Shown here piece after piece: positions 32,011 to 42,622 of a stretch of 64,000 bases of DNA; position 1 is the first letter of the stretch; each line of letters begins with the position of its first letter. The stretch is taken from contig CAVXWP010000007.1 in assembly GCA_963765495.1 (NCBI GenBank), positions 352,001 through 416,000 on the forward strand, given 5' to 3'. The translations under genes were made by a program, and so were the position numbers. The notes beneath the pieces were generated by a model, which was not told the DNA's origin, searched no databases, and was given only the letters and a program-made list of their open reading frames with translations. The DNA is from Blastocatellia bacterium (lineage in GTDB: Bacteria; Acidobacteriota; Blastocatellia; UBA7656).

Positions 32011-33420
32011 TTGACAAATTTTTTACAGATGGCTATCACATTCGCCCTGGTTCTGGGGGGAATGGTCGTAATTCATGAATTTGGTCATTTTATCGTGGCA
32101 AAATTTTTCGGTATTCGCGTTGAAGCCTTCAGCGTGGGTTTCGGGAAACGGTTATGGGGATTTCGTAAAGGTGACACTGATTACAGGTTAAGCCTGATCC
32201 CTCTGGGCGGTTACGTCAAGATGGCCGGAGAGAATCTGGATGAACAGGTCACGGGTGCGCCTTACGAATTCATGTCCAAGCCTAAATGGCAGCGTTTCTG
32301 CGTGGCCGTAGCCGGGCCTGTGATGAATATCCTGACGGCGATTGCCATACCCGCCGCGATGGCGATGATCTATTATGAGATGCCGGCTTTCGAGGGTCAC
32401 CCGGCGGTCGTTAATGCTGTTGAGACAGGTTCTCCGGCTGAAAAGGCTGGTATAGAGCCGGGCGATTTGATTGTAAGCATCAACGGTCAGGAGACTCCTA
32501 CCTGGCGCGATGCCGAGGACCTGGTACTGGTCAACCCCGACCAGGAAGTGCCTGTGGCGGTCAAGCGCAATGGAGCTACAAAAGAGCTGAATTTACACGT
32601 CGGGACGTTTCAGGTCGAATCGGAAAAGATTGGATACGCGGGATTCAGACCCGATCCGGGGCCTAATGCGAAGATAGTCGTTCAAGCCGTTTCACCGGGC
32701 GAGCCTGCCGCAGAGGCGGGTCTGAAGCCCGGCGATCAGATCGTCGCCGTCAATGGTACCCCGGTCGAGCAGAGTTTCTACGGCGAACAGAGGGTGATTC
32801 AGGCCATAAGAACCAGCAACGGTCAACCCATAACACTTACAGTGAAACGCGGCGATGAAACGCTCGATATTCAAGGCACCCCTCGGATGAATGAAGGCGA
32901 TTTACGTCTTGGGTTCTCGCAGCAACTGGAAGGCGAAGAAATGATAGTCGCGCGATTGGGTCCATTCGCCGCGATCAAATATTCGGTTGATATGAATGTG
33001 CGGATACTGCGACTGACGAAGACGGCAATCGCCCAGATTTTCGTAGGGCAACGATCAGCGCGCGATACGCTGACCGGCCCGGTCGGCATATTCAAGCTCT
33101 CAGGCCAGGCTGCCGAACAAGGTGCCGGATCGGTCTTTCGACTAATGGCCATACTTTCGCTCAACTTAGGTGTATTCAACCTCCTGCCCATACCAGTCCT
33201 CGACGGCGGGCTCATCTTCATGCTCCTGCTTGAGGCTTTGCTCGGGCTGTTCGGCCTGTCGCTGACCTTGCGGATCAAGGAAAGAATGATGACGGTTGGG
33301 TTTGTGATGTTGATGTTGCTTATGGGATTTGTGATCTTTAATGATATCTCGAAGCTTATCCCGAGCCGCAGCGCACCACAACCGCAGGCGGAACAACAAG
33401 CGCCTGCCACCAGTAAGTAG
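32011..33420 (+). CDS. rseP: RIP metalloprotease RseP (two PDZ domains)
   Basis: HEFGH, IPLGGYVKM, AGPVMN, NLLPIPVLDGG; GAGGAG RBS before TTG; usual dxr-rseP synteny. Confidence 0.93.
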   Translation: MTNFLQMAITFALVLGGMVVIHEFGHFIVAKFFGIRVEAFSVGFGKRLWGFRKGDTDYRLSLIPLGGYVKMAGENLDEQVTGAPYEFMSKPKWQRFCVAVAGPVMNILTAIAIPAAMAMIYYEMPAFEGHPAVVNAVETGSPAEKAGIEPGDLIVSINGQETPTWRDAEDLVLVNPDQEVPVAVKRNGATKELNLHVGTFQVESEKIGYAGFRPDPGPNAKIVVQAVSPGEPAAEAGLKPGDQIVAVNGTPVEQSFYGEQRVIQAIRTSNGQPITLTVKRGDETLDIQGTPRMNEGDLRLGFSQQLEGEEMIVARLGPFAAIKYSVDMNVRILRLTKTAIAQIFVGQRSARDTLTGPVGIFKLSGQAAEQGAGSVFRLMAILSLNLGVFNLLPIPVLDGGLIFMLLLEALLGLFGLSLTLRIKERMMTVGFVMLMLLMGFVIFNDISKLIPSRSAPQPQAEQQAPATSK

Positions 33421-33477
33421 TCACCAGTAAGTAGTCACCAGTAAGTAGCCACCAGTAAGTAGCCACCAGTAAGTGGC
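33408..33477 (+). repeat. 14-bp tandem repeat CACCAGTAAGTAGY x5 spanning the rseP stop codon
   Basis: Copies start at 33408, 33422, 33436, 33450 and 33464. Confidence 0.92.
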
Positions 33478-33734
33478 CGGCCACAGAAGCCGGAAATTGT
33501 ATTCGAGCAAGTGGGATAGAATTTGTTTGACCCGATACGGATTATAGCCTCGCTGCAAAATTTATTATTGATCTGACCTGTGGCGAGACTTATAATCCGT
33601 GTCGGAGTTGGCCCTCACCGACCAAGTCCCGAATCTTTTAATCAAATTTACAGCCCCTACACGATACTTCCTGCCCCAAGAATCACAGTTGTAATGCAAG
33701 TCATTACTGGATGTGTGTCTGTCGAGGTCCAAAA

Positions 33735-35393
33735 ATGAAGCAAGTTTCCCTAACTTTAGCACTAATTTTATGCTCAATAGTGCTTGTCCCTCACAACGAA
33801 GTTCATTCGCAAAAGCTGGTCACGCCTGCCGGGCGATATGCCGCAAATCAGTTGTTGGTCAAATTCAAGGCAGATGCCGGACAGGAATTTGTCCCCTCTG
33901 AAGCCATAGATGAGATGTGGTCGAGGAACGGTATTAAGGCTCACTCTTTGAAGGTTGCACTTCGAGACAATCTCTACCTCGTCAAGCTTGATGATGGAAC
34001 ATCGGTAGAGGACGCGATTGAGCGGGCGGCGGCCGATCCGCGTGTCGAGTATGCCGAACCGGATTTTCTCTTATATCCCGCGACGACTATGCCTAACGAT
34101 GCCCTGTTCTCTCAGATGTGGGGATTGATGAACATAGGTTTAGGCGTAGGCAAGCCCGGTGCCGACATCAGCGCCACTCGCGCCTGGGACCTGACCACAG
34201 GCAGCCCGGATGTCGTAGTCGCTGTCATAGATACGGGCGCGGACCTGTCGCATCCCGACCTTGCTCCGAATGCCTGGGTGAACACTCGCGAAGTTGCGGG
34301 CAACGGCGTAGATGATGACAACAACGGCTATGTTGACGATATAAACGGATGGAATTTCAGGTCGAATAACAATCGCTATTTCGATGATCCCCAGGGCGAT
34401 TTTCACGGCACTCACGTATCGGGCACGATAGGCGCTGCGGGCAATAATGGTATCGGAGTGGCCGGAGTGGCCTGGCGCGTGAAGATCATGTCGCTCAAGT
34501 TCATCGGCAAAGAGAGCGGCGCAACATCAGATGCCGTGAAGGCGATCAATTATGTGATAGATCAAAAGAAGCGAGGCGTAAACGTCCGCGTCATCAACGC
34601 AAGCTGGATTGGGGCCGGGACGTCGTCGTCTTTGCGTAAGGCGATCACGGATGCGGGCGCTGCGGGCATTCTTTTCGTAGCCGCTGCGGGTAACGGCGGT
34701 GACGATCATCTTGGCGACGATATGGATCGCGTACCGGATTATCCCGGTGCCTGGGGCGGAGAGATTGACTCGCTTATAAGCGTTGCAGCCCTGGATAGAG
34801 CCGATAAACTCGCATCCTTTTCCAATTATGGTCACAGCAACGTGAACGTCGGAGCGCCCGGTGTTGAGATACTCAGCACGCTCCCCGGAGGCGGATACGG
34901 GTACGCGAGCGGGACTTCGATGGCCACGCCTCACGTAGCCGGCATAGCTGCGCTCTTGTGGGCAAGTGATTCATCACTCAAGCCTTCTCAGGTCAAACAG
35001 CGAATCATTTCGACCAGCACGCCCGTCTTGGCCCTTGCATCGATTGTGTCGAGTTCCGGTCGCGCAAACGCTTACAACGCGTTGACCCGCACCTTCGAGC
35101 CGCCAGACGGCCCTCAGGTAGCTTCGGTGAATACGAACAAGAAATGGCTGACCGTCAATGGCATCGGCATTGTGCGAGGCGAAACCGTTGTCGAAGTCAA
35201 TGGGGTGGCGCAAACGGGCAAGACGAAATACATTAACACATATTCGCTTGCAGACGGTTCGCCTACGCGGTTCAAGGTCAAGCTTGGCAAGACGGGTATG
35301 AATTCCAGTATCCCTGTCGGCACACAAGTCACCGTCACCTTGTTCGATCCGGCCACAGGCAGGCGGTCGGCTCCTTTCTTTTATGTCAGATAG
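33735..35393 (+). CDS. S8 subtilisin-like serine peptidase with prodomain and C-terminal Ig-like extension
   Basis: Signal peptide; VAVIDTG, HGTHVSGTIG, GTSMATPHVAG catalytic triad. Confidence 0.92.
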   Translation: MKQVSLTLALILCSIVLVPHNEVHSQKLVTPAGRYAANQLLVKFKADAGQEFVPSEAIDEMWSRNGIKAHSLKVALRDNLYLVKLDDGTSVEDAIERAAADPRVEYAEPDFLLYPATTMPNDALFSQMWGLMNIGLGVGKPGADISATRAWDLTTGSPDVVVAVIDTGADLSHPDLAPNAWVNTREVAGNGVDDDNNGYVDDINGWNFRSNNNRYFDDPQGDFHGTHVSGTIGAAGNNGIGVAGVAWRVKIMSLKFIGKESGATSDAVKAINYVIDQKKRGVNVRVINASWIGAGTSSSLRKAITDAGAAGILFVAAAGNGGDDHLGDDMDRVPDYPGAWGGEIDSLISVAALDRADKLASFSNYGHSNVNVGAPGVEILSTLPGGGYGYASGTSMATPHVAGIAALLWASDSSLKPSQVKQRIISTSTPVLALASIVSSSGRANAYNALTRTFEPPDGPQVASVNTNKKWLTVNGIGIVRGETVVEVNGVAQTGKTKYINTYSLADGSPTRFKVKLGKTGMNSSIPVGTQVTVTLFDPATGRRSAPFFYVR

Positions 35394-35403
35394 CCGCGCA
35401 TAA

Positions 35404-35458
35404 GCGTCTTTGCGTCTTTGCGAGCAATAGTTTTCGCAAAGACGCAAAGTTCGCAAAG
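35404..35458. repeat. 8-mer inverted repeat element (GCGTCTTT / CGCAAAGA)
   Basis: gcgtctttgcgtctttgcga ... tcgcaaagacgcaaagttcgcaaag after the subtilase stop. Confidence 0.8.
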
Positions 35459-35625
35459 CACACTCAAACTCTCTCAAATATTTTTGTGACTCGCCACAGT
35501 CAGGTTGTCGCATGAACATCAGAGTGTATTGACTGGCTGACCTTCATTGTCAACTTGCTCTCCACATAATCCGACGCCTCTGATAAACTGCTGAATCAAA
35601 TTCTGCGAACCGGGAGATTGCGCGA

Positions 35626-35958
35626 ATGAATGAAAGCAAGACCGCAGCGCCGACCGATGCGCTTATTGCCCTGATTAAATCTTCGCTTACGTCGGAAGGA
35701 AATCAAGCGTTCGGACAGGTCGTGCTCTACACAACATTCGGCGTTGTGCGCGGGCACATAAGCATATCTTTTGGCCAGGGGCTGGCGGGCAAAGAAGTGA
35801 ATCGATCGCCTGACACCTCTCTCCGTCTTGATGTGATCGAACTCAACGATGTCAATGTAGAGCATTATTCGAATCATCTTCCAACGGCCAGCTTCGACCG
35901 TCTGTATGTGCGGCTGATTGATATTCAGGGGTTTGCGCTTGTTGGAAAGCCTGCGTAA
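35626..35958 (+). CDS. Hypothetical protein
   Basis: GGGAG RBS; globular-looking 110 aa; no family recognised. Confidence 0.6.
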   Translation: MNESKTAAPTDALIALIKSSLTSEGNQAFGQVVLYTTFGVVRGHISISFGQGLAGKEVNRSPDTSLRLDVIELNDVNVEHYSNHLPTASFDRLYVRLIDIQGFALVGKPA

Positions 35959-35981
35959 AGTTCTCTGCCCGCGCTGCCGTT

Positions 35982-38696
35982 TTACTTTACCCTCATTACT
36001 ACAAGAGTCAGATCATCGTGTTGCGGTCTGTCGCCTACCCAGTCGCGGACGCTTGCAACGATACGGTCGGTCATTTCTGCCGCCGACAGCTGACCGTCCG
36101 TCGATATCATGGTTTGCAATCTAGCTTCCCCAAATTCCTCGCCTTCCGAGTTGAGCGCTTCCGTCACGCCGTCCGTGTAGGCCACAAGCAAATCCCCGCT
36201 GCTCATCTGTATGGCCTCCTGTTCATAATTGCAACTGTAGAAGGCTCCGATCACCGGGCCACCCGTGGTCAGCAGGCTGACTTCTCTTGAATCCCGGTCA
36301 GCCTTTGCCATCGCCATGCTAGTTCCGGCATCAGTCGAGGCGGCCATTTTTTGTCCCGCGCCTTGCGCCTTTATAGCCGTTTCCGCTCGCACAAGCATGG
36401 GCGGGTTGTGCCCCGCGTTTACGTAGGTCAGCACGCCGGTCTCCTGTTCAAACTGAGCGTAAAAGAAAGTCGCATAGCTGTTTGAATCCGTAGAAACGTG
36501 AAGCAAACGGTTCATGGAAGATACCAGCTCCACGAGTTTGCCGTTCACCGAAGGGGCCTGGCTTCTGAGCGAAGCCTGAACGGTTGACATCAAAAGTGCC
36601 GCCGAAATGCCTTTGCCCGCCACATCGGCTACGGCGATGCCTACCCTGTCCTGATCGAGTAATATGAAATCATAGTAATCGCCGCCGACCCCGCGAGCCG
36701 GATGGCAGATGCCCGAAAGATCGAGCCGCTCGACCTGTGGAGGTCGATCTGGAAACAACCTTCTCTGTACGGCGGTCGCGATATCGAGTTCGTGTCTGAG
36801 CCGCTCTTCTTCGGCGATCTCGCGAACCAGTTGCGAATTCTGAATGGCGAAAGCCATCTGCCACGCCACGGCCATCAAGAGGTTCCTGTCTTCACGCGAG
36901 AAGGGCAGGTCTCCGAGACGCGGACCTAAAGAGACTATGGCGAGCAACTGGTCTTTCATCGCGACCGGCAGCAGTAAAGCCGAGCGCACACGGGTGAGCG
37001 CCTTGCGTTCCTGCTTGCGGGCCTCGGTGGCAGCCGCGTTGTGCGGCGCTCGTGGTCGCGGCCATACGACAGGGCCTTCCTGATCCATAGTGATCGGCAT
37101 CTGGGTTTGCATCAAACGCGCCACGATGATTCCTTCACGAGGCAGAAAAAGAGATCGGTCTATATCGGCAGTGCTCTCGCCGTGATCGGTGAGTTGAGAA
37201 GAGATCGCGCAGGTATAGTTGTCCGACTCTTCACCGTGCAAAAATATGGTCACATTCTCTATGTGAAGAGCGATTTGAATTCTGGCCACCGTAAGTTCGA
37301 GCAGTTGCTTTACGGTCGTCACCGTGCGCATTGCCTGTCCGAGGTCTGAAAGCACCTGATGCGCGTCATAGGCTTCACGAAAAAAACGACGGTCAATGAT
37401 CGGCATTACGCGCTGGTTGACAAACGTCAGCAGCAATATAGCTATGGCGGTCGCTCCCATCGTGACTATGATGTCTGCGCGATTGCCCAGTTGGTCTATT
37501 GCCGCCATCCGGCTTCCGGTGAGCAGAAAACTGAGCAGCGTAAATACAACCAGCGCCTGGATGATTATGAATCCGCGCGAGACTAGCAGGTATCGCACGC
37601 CGCGCCGCAAAATGATCCTTATCGGAATGACCTGATGGCGGACTATGGCGTAGGCGAAAGAGAGCGGGAACAACGGAAACGCAAAGAACGCGATGACGCT
37701 CAACCAGCGCGATAGCGACGGGTTTTCATTCGGCAGATTGAACAAAAAGGCCAGCCCCACAAACAGCGACATAGGCAGAAAGCCCGCGATGCATCCGGCC
37801 ACGACCACGCGCATCTTTCGCCGCGATGCCCTGCCTGCCTCTCGATAATTGATCAGCAGAGACATCAGCCCCCCGGCGAAATAGGCTATTCCGAGGACCG
37901 TCAGCAATCCATTAACCCATGGAAAGCCGTCACGCAGATGAGCGGCTCGCTCCGGCGCAACGGCTGCCAGGACATTCAGCACAGCCAGATAAGGGAAGAC
38001 CGTCACGAGGTGCGGCAGGTAAAGATAAAACTCGATCTTTGGAAATTTGCGGACAAGCGATGACGGCTCCGGGAATATCAGAAAAAAGTGAAAGAATACG
38101 GGGTAGAAAAATAGGGCTATCAGATGTATAGCCAGCATTATGGGAACGAGCCACGGGCTGACACCGGCAAACGAAGGAACGGTTGCGGGGGGCACAAAGA
38201 TAAATGTGGCGAACATGAAAGCGAGCAATAATGCCTGCTTGTCAAAAGGCTTGAGCAGAAATACCGCAAAGCCTGTGATAAGAAAGATAGCCGGTATAGT
38301 CACGGCCAGCATCGTAACGAGGCTCAGGGGCACCGACGCGGCGCGAAGCGTGTATCGATACTCCTGGGTGCCCCGGCGTATCGTGATCGTGTAGGGATCG
38401 ACTGATTCAAGCTTGCGAATCGCTTCGAGCGCCAGAGCGCCGGGCGTGATTGGCTGGCCGTCCATCTCTATGATCTCGTCGCCGTTTTCAAGGACGGCGG
38501 CGGGGCCCTTCGGGTCCACCTGCGTGATTATTATGTGACCGTTGCGTAAGGTAGGAGACCATCCTTTTTCGCTTGTGTGGGCAGGTGTGGCGAGCAACCT
38601 GTAGGTCATCGCTCCGGCGTAGACAAAAAGCAGGCCGAAGAAGAGGATTCCCAGAATTAATTGTAAGCGCTTCGACATACTTTTATACCAAAACAT
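35982..38696 (-). CDS. Membrane SpoIIE/PP2C phosphatase (PDZ - multi-TM - GAF - PP2C)
   Basis: PDZ-like VDPKGPAAVLENGDEII; many TM helices; IDRRFFREAYD; VGGDYYDF, ADVAGKG, NAGHNPP, YTDGVTEA, HDDLT. Confidence 0.9.
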   Translation of the reverse strand: MFWYKSMSKRLQLILGILFFGLLFVYAGAMTYRLLATPAHTSEKGWSPTLRNGHIIITQVDPKGPAAVLENGDEIIEMDGQPITPGALALEAIRKLESVDPYTITIRRGTQEYRYTLRAASVPLSLVTMLAVTIPAIFLITGFAVFLLKPFDKQALLLAFMFATFIFVPPATVPSFAGVSPWLVPIMLAIHLIALFFYPVFFHFFLIFPEPSSLVRKFPKIEFYLYLPHLVTVFPYLAVLNVLAAVAPERAAHLRDGFPWVNGLLTVLGIAYFAGGLMSLLINYREAGRASRRKMRVVVAGCIAGFLPMSLFVGLAFLFNLPNENPSLSRWLSVIAFFAFPLFPLSFAYAIVRHQVIPIRIILRRGVRYLLVSRGFIIIQALVVFTLLSFLLTGSRMAAIDQLGNRADIIVTMGATAIAILLLTFVNQRVMPIIDRRFFREAYDAHQVLSDLGQAMRTVTTVKQLLELTVARIQIALHIENVTIFLHGEESDNYTCAISSQLTDHGESTADIDRSLFLPREGIIVARLMQTQMPITMDQEGPVVWPRPRAPHNAAATEARKQERKALTRVRSALLLPVAMKDQLLAIVSLGPRLGDLPFSREDRNLLMAVAWQMAFAIQNSQLVREIAEEERLRHELDIATAVQRRLFPDRPPQVERLDLSGICHPARGVGGDYYDFILLDQDRVGIAVADVAGKGISAALLMSTVQASLRSQAPSVNGKLVELVSSMNRLLHVSTDSNSYATFFYAQFEQETGVLTYVNAGHNPPMLVRAETAIKAQGAGQKMAASTDAGTSMAMAKADRDSREVSLLTTGGPVIGAFYSCNYEQEAIQMSSGDLLVAYTDGVTEALNSEGEEFGEARLQTMISTDGQLSAAEMTDRIVASVRDWVGDRPQHDDLTLVVMRVK

Positions 38697-38749
38697 GGAA
38701 TATATCACAGGCGGACGGGGCGGCTAAAGATTCCGGGAAGATGCGCTAA

Positions 38750-38779
38750 TTGACACGCCCTCATGCGTGTTGTTACGAT
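38750..38779 (+). promoter_or_regulatory. Sigma70-type promoter of the kinase gene
   Basis: TTGACA (38750-38755), 18 bp, extended -10 TGtTACGAT (38771-38779). Confidence 0.55.
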
Positions 38780-38824
38780 AATCTGCTGAAAGACCTTTCA
38801 GCCTGCACCTGGAGATAATTGAGG

Positions 38825-40927
38825 ATGAAGCGATGCCCTTCCTGTAAACAAGAGTTTGAGGAGCATCTGCTTTTCTGTCCGCACGACGGACAGGCGCTCG
38901 CCAAAGAAGTCATAGAAGATAGCCTGGTCGGCACACTCTTCGACGATAAATACCATATTGACGCGAAGATCGGACAGGGCGGAATGGGGAAAGTCTACAA
39001 GGCCACCCACGTCCATATGGATTACGAAGTCGCTCTCAAGGTTCTCCACCAGCATCTATCCTCCGATCAGACGGCCGTAAAACGATTCCGGCAAGAGGCC
39101 CGCGCAACCGCTCAGATACGACATCCCAATGCCGTCGCCGTGACCGATTTCGGAGTCACAAAAGATACGGGCACAGCCTATCTGGTCATGGAATTTCTGG
39201 AAGGCTCCGACCTGAGAAAGAGAATAAAAGAGCAGAAAAGGCTCGATCTGGAAGAGAGCTTTATAATAATCCAGCAGGCGTGTTCGGCATTATACGCGGC
39301 CCATTCGAAAGGCATAATCCATCGCGATCTCAAACCCGATAATATCTGGCTCTGCACTTCGGCCGAAGGCATATTGCAGGTTAAGGTGCTCGATTTTGGG
39401 ATAGCCAAGCTCAAATTCAAAGCCGATACGGGAACTCTGACGCAGGACGGCATGATAGTCGGAACGCCCTATTACATGTCGCCTGAGCAGTGCCGGGGCG
39501 AGGAACTCGATGCGAGGTCAGACATATACAGCATCGGGGTCATCCTCTATGAGATGCTGACCGGGCAGGTCCCGTTTCATGCTCCTACGCCAATGGGCAT
39601 CGTGCTCAAGCACGCTATGGAAGCGCCTCAACCGCCTCACGAGTTGCGCCCGGACCTTCCCAACGAGATAGAAGCAGTCATCCTAAGACTGCTGAATAAG
39701 AAACGCGAAGATCGTCCGGCATCGGCAAACGAGCTTGTGCAGGAATTTGAGGCCGCTATTTACAGGGCCGGAATAGACCTCAGGATGATGGAGACAAGCA
39801 CGCCCCAGTCTCCGTTTGCGGCGACGCTTCATCCGCCGGTTTTTACTACGGGCGGAGGCGAGTCCGCGCAGCGGACAAGGCCCGGCCAGTCTGCCGACAC
39901 CGCCGGAATGGATGACGGTCAATCGGGCAATGCGGGGATGGTTGTCAACACGACCGCGCCCGTTGCACAAAACTCCGCGCCGTATCCGGCCACCGTGTTA
40001 TCTCAACCCGGGCAAGAAGTTTTTTCACAGCCATCGGCCACACCCTGGCCCGCAAATCAGGCTCAGGGGTCGAGCGTGATAGCTACGGGGCGGCGGGCAA
40101 ATTTCGCGCTCTTGTTTGGTGCTATCGCTGCCGTTGCGATCATCGGGTTGATAATCGCCGTCATCATCTGGACTCAACGAGTGCCTGTAAGCAAGCCCGA
40201 ACCGTCAACGGCTGGAACAACTTCTCAGCCGGTCATAAAAAAAGAGACACCCCCGCCTGCTCCCCCCGAAGGAATGGTCTATATCCCCGGCGGCAAATTT
40301 ATAATGGGCTACGACAAAAGCAGCGAGCCTTCGGAAAAACCCGAGCACGAAATGGAGGTCGCGCCGTTTTTCCTCGACAAGTATGAAGTGACGGTCGAAG
40401 AGTATTATCGGTTCATCAAGGCGAGGAATCGTCAAGCGCCCGAAAACTGGTCCGACGACTGGAAAAACGGCTATTTCAAACCGGGGGAGGCGCGGTTGCC
40501 CGTGACCGAAGTAAGCTGGTTTGACGCCAAGGCATATGCCGACTGGGCAGGGAAGCGGCTGCCGACCGAATCCGAATGGGAGTATGCCGCTCGCGGAACC
40601 GATAAGAAGCTCTTTCCGTGGGGCAATGAGTTCAACGCGAAGTTCGCCAACGTGGGCACAGCAAAGCCCTCGCCGGTTGGCAGTTATAGCGAGGGCAAGA
40701 GCGTCTTTGGTGTTTATGATCTTGCCGGAAACGTAGCCGAGTGGACCGATTCGGATTCGCTACCCTATCCGGGCAGCAAGGTTGATCCTTTGCCCGGCAA
40801 GATAGTGCGCGGAGGCAGTTTTGCCAAGCCCGTAGTCTTTGCCATGGCAACAAGCCGCGCCGCCTTTCTTCAGGACCGCGTCAGCACGGACCTCGGTTTT
40901 CGCTGCGCGATGAATGTGCCTCAGTAA
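38825..40927 (+). CDS. Hanks-type Ser/Thr kinase with TM helix and extracytoplasmic FGE-sulfatase (SUMF1) domain
   Basis: GQGGMGKVY, VALK, HRDLKPDN, DFGIAK, GTPYYMSPEQ; TM; RLPTESEWEYAARG, LAGNVAEW, LGFRC. Confidence 0.93.
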   Translation: MKRCPSCKQEFEEHLLFCPHDGQALAKEVIEDSLVGTLFDDKYHIDAKIGQGGMGKVYKATHVHMDYEVALKVLHQHLSSDQTAVKRFRQEARATAQIRHPNAVAVTDFGVTKDTGTAYLVMEFLEGSDLRKRIKEQKRLDLEESFIIIQQACSALYAAHSKGIIHRDLKPDNIWLCTSAEGILQVKVLDFGIAKLKFKADTGTLTQDGMIVGTPYYMSPEQCRGEELDARSDIYSIGVILYEMLTGQVPFHAPTPMGIVLKHAMEAPQPPHELRPDLPNEIEAVILRLLNKKREDRPASANELVQEFEAAIYRAGIDLRMMETSTPQSPFAATLHPPVFTTGGGESAQRTRPGQSADTAGMDDGQSGNAGMVVNTTAPVAQNSAPYPATVLSQPGQEVFSQPSATPWPANQAQGSSVIATGRRANFALLFGAIAAVAIIGLIIAVIIWTQRVPVSKPEPSTAGTTSQPVIKKETPPPAPPEGMVYIPGGKFIMGYDKSSEPSEKPEHEMEVAPFFLDKYEVTVEEYYRFIKARNRQAPENWSDDWKNGYFKPGEARLPVTEVSWFDAKAYADWAGKRLPTESEWEYAARGTDKKLFPWGNEFNAKFANVGTAKPSPVGSYSEGKSVFGVYDLAGNVAEWTDSDSLPYPGSKVDPLPGKIVRGGSFAKPVVFAMATSRAAFLQDRVSTDLGFRCAMNVPQ

Positions 40928-41011
40928 TCAAAAAACTATTGAAATAACCCGTCTTTGCCTCGATAATCCACGCCATACTAAATCAATTCGCCCTCGGAAA
41001 GAGGTCTGGCC

Positions 41012-41545
41012 TTGAAGAAAGAGCATCTTTTGATCGGAGTGATAACGTTTCTCACTCTCTCAATCACCGTCGTAGTCTTCGCGCAACTGAGAAACATTTC
41101 GCGAGAGCGAACGCCAAAGCTGACCACCGACGATGTGAAGAGCGGGTCACCTCCCGCGGCGTCTTCGCGCGGCCCGGTAGAACCGGCGAGCGGCAGCATA
41201 AGCTGGCAAAGAGATCTCTCTCACGCGCTCAATCTTGCCAATGCCGAAGGCAAGGTAGTGGTAGTTGATGTTTATACGGACTGGTGCGGCTGGTGCAAGA
41301 AGATGGATCAGGTCATCTACACCGATGCGACCGTCGTGGGGCTCAGTCGCCAGGAGATCTTTCTAAAACTCAACGCGGAAGATGGCGGACAGGGCGAGCA
41401 ATTCGCCCGCCAGATGGGCGTCAGAGGATACCCGACCACTGTGGTCTTAGACAGCCGGGGCCGCAAACTCGATTTGGCCAGGGGCTATCTTGGATCACCG
41501 CAGAACTTCATCAGATTTGTCGAGAACGCGCGAGCCGCCAACTAA
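41012..41545 (+). CDS. Membrane-anchored thioredoxin-fold protein
   Basis: N-terminal TM/signal; TDWCGWCK; GVRGYPT. Confidence 0.85.
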   Translation: MKKEHLLIGVITFLTLSITVVVFAQLRNISRERTPKLTTDDVKSGSPPAASSRGPVEPASGSISWQRDLSHALNLANAEGKVVVVDVYTDWCGWCKKMDQVIYTDATVVGLSRQEIFLKLNAEDGGQGEQFARQMGVRGYPTTVVLDSRGRKLDLARGYLGSPQNFIRFVENARAAN

Positions 41546-41552
41546 CTCAAAA

Positions 41553-41659
41553 TGATGCGTGAACCGTGATGCGCGATGCGTGATGCGTGATGCGTGACCC
41601 GGAGATTGGCAAGTACCTGTTAACAGCCATTTGCCTGAAAATCACAGATCACGCATCAC
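41553..41659. repeat. Heptamer inverted-arm element (TGATGCG x6 / ATCACRS x3)
   Basis: Left arm 41553-41597, right arm 41641-41659; same unit as 459-564 and 10806-10928. Confidence 0.85.
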
Positions 41660-41819
41660 CCTTGATTTTATTGCGATTTTCTAGCTATTGACCTGCCGCC
41701 TTGAACCAGGCGGCCCGGATGATATAATGACCGCCTGTGGGTCGTATTGCCCTGATGCCCGGTCGCGCCCCAGGCTGTAATCTTTGTTTTCTCAGCAGGT
41801 TCAAATACAAGGGAAGCTT

Positions 41820-42437
41820 ATGAAAAGAAGTTGGATTTACATCATAACGATCACGGTCTTATTAGCCTTAGCAGTCCCTGATGCGTTCTCTTTGCAAAGA
41901 TCGCGTTCGAGTCGAAAGTCAAGCACGAGCGCCAAAAAGAAATCAAGCGCCCGCAAAAGCACAAGTAAGAGTAAAACCAGTAAGAGTAAAAGCCGCAGCA
42001 AGAGTAAGCGAAGCACCTCGGCCAGGCGATCAAGCAGTCGTCGCGGCAGCAAGATTTCCCGCCGCAAGGGAAGAGGACGCACTACAGCGCGCTCGCGCCG
42101 AAGCCGTAGCACGAGGACTGCCAGGGCTTCTTCTCCTGCTCCGACCGTCAGCAGGGTTCCAACCGAGCGTGTGATCGAAATTCAGAACGCGCTCTCGAAG
42201 GCCGGTTATTTTGAAGGCCCGGCTTCGGGCGAATATGATGATACAACCGTAGGCGCGATGAAGCGATTCCAGGCGGCCAATGGGATTCAGGTAACCGGTC
42301 GGCCTTCGGCTCACGCGCTCAAACTGCTCGGAGTCTCGAAACGCAACACCAGCAATTATGCGGTCCCGATAAAGAAAACACCTGTCAACGAAAAGAAGAA
42401 GGAAGATGCGCAGCAGGGAAGACAGTCTCCAAACTGA
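41820..42437 (+). CDS. Secreted peptidoglycan-binding protein with Ser/Lys/Arg-rich low-complexity N-region
   Basis: Signal peptide; basic S/K/R tract; IQNALSKAGY..G.YDDTTVGAMKRFQAANGIQVTG (PG_binding_1). Confidence 0.85.
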   Translation: MKRSWIYIITITVLLALAVPDAFSLQRSRSSRKSSTSAKKKSSARKSTSKSKTSKSKSRSKSKRSTSARRSSSRRGSKISRRKGRGRTTARSRRSRSTRTARASSPAPTVSRVPTERVIEIQNALSKAGYFEGPASGEYDDTTVGAMKRFQAANGIQVTGRPSAHALKLLGVSKRNTSNYAVPIKKTPVNEKKKEDAQQGRQSPN

Positions 42438-42622
42438 AACCTTTACGGTGACACTATCGCAACAGGCGCGTGTGCGTTATAATAGGATTTCAAACAAGAG
42501 CTGACAGTTAAACAGCCGGAAGAGTTTTTAGAGTATTTGCGAAAGTGTTTTGGCTCCCCCCTCAGGGAGATTATCCCTCACAATATTTGCTTTGTTCATT
42601 AAAAATGTACAGGGATTGAAGT

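Noticed and set aside
33408-33477. Possible CRISPR array
   Set aside because: 14-bp units are directly adjacent with no spacers, and there are no cas genes.
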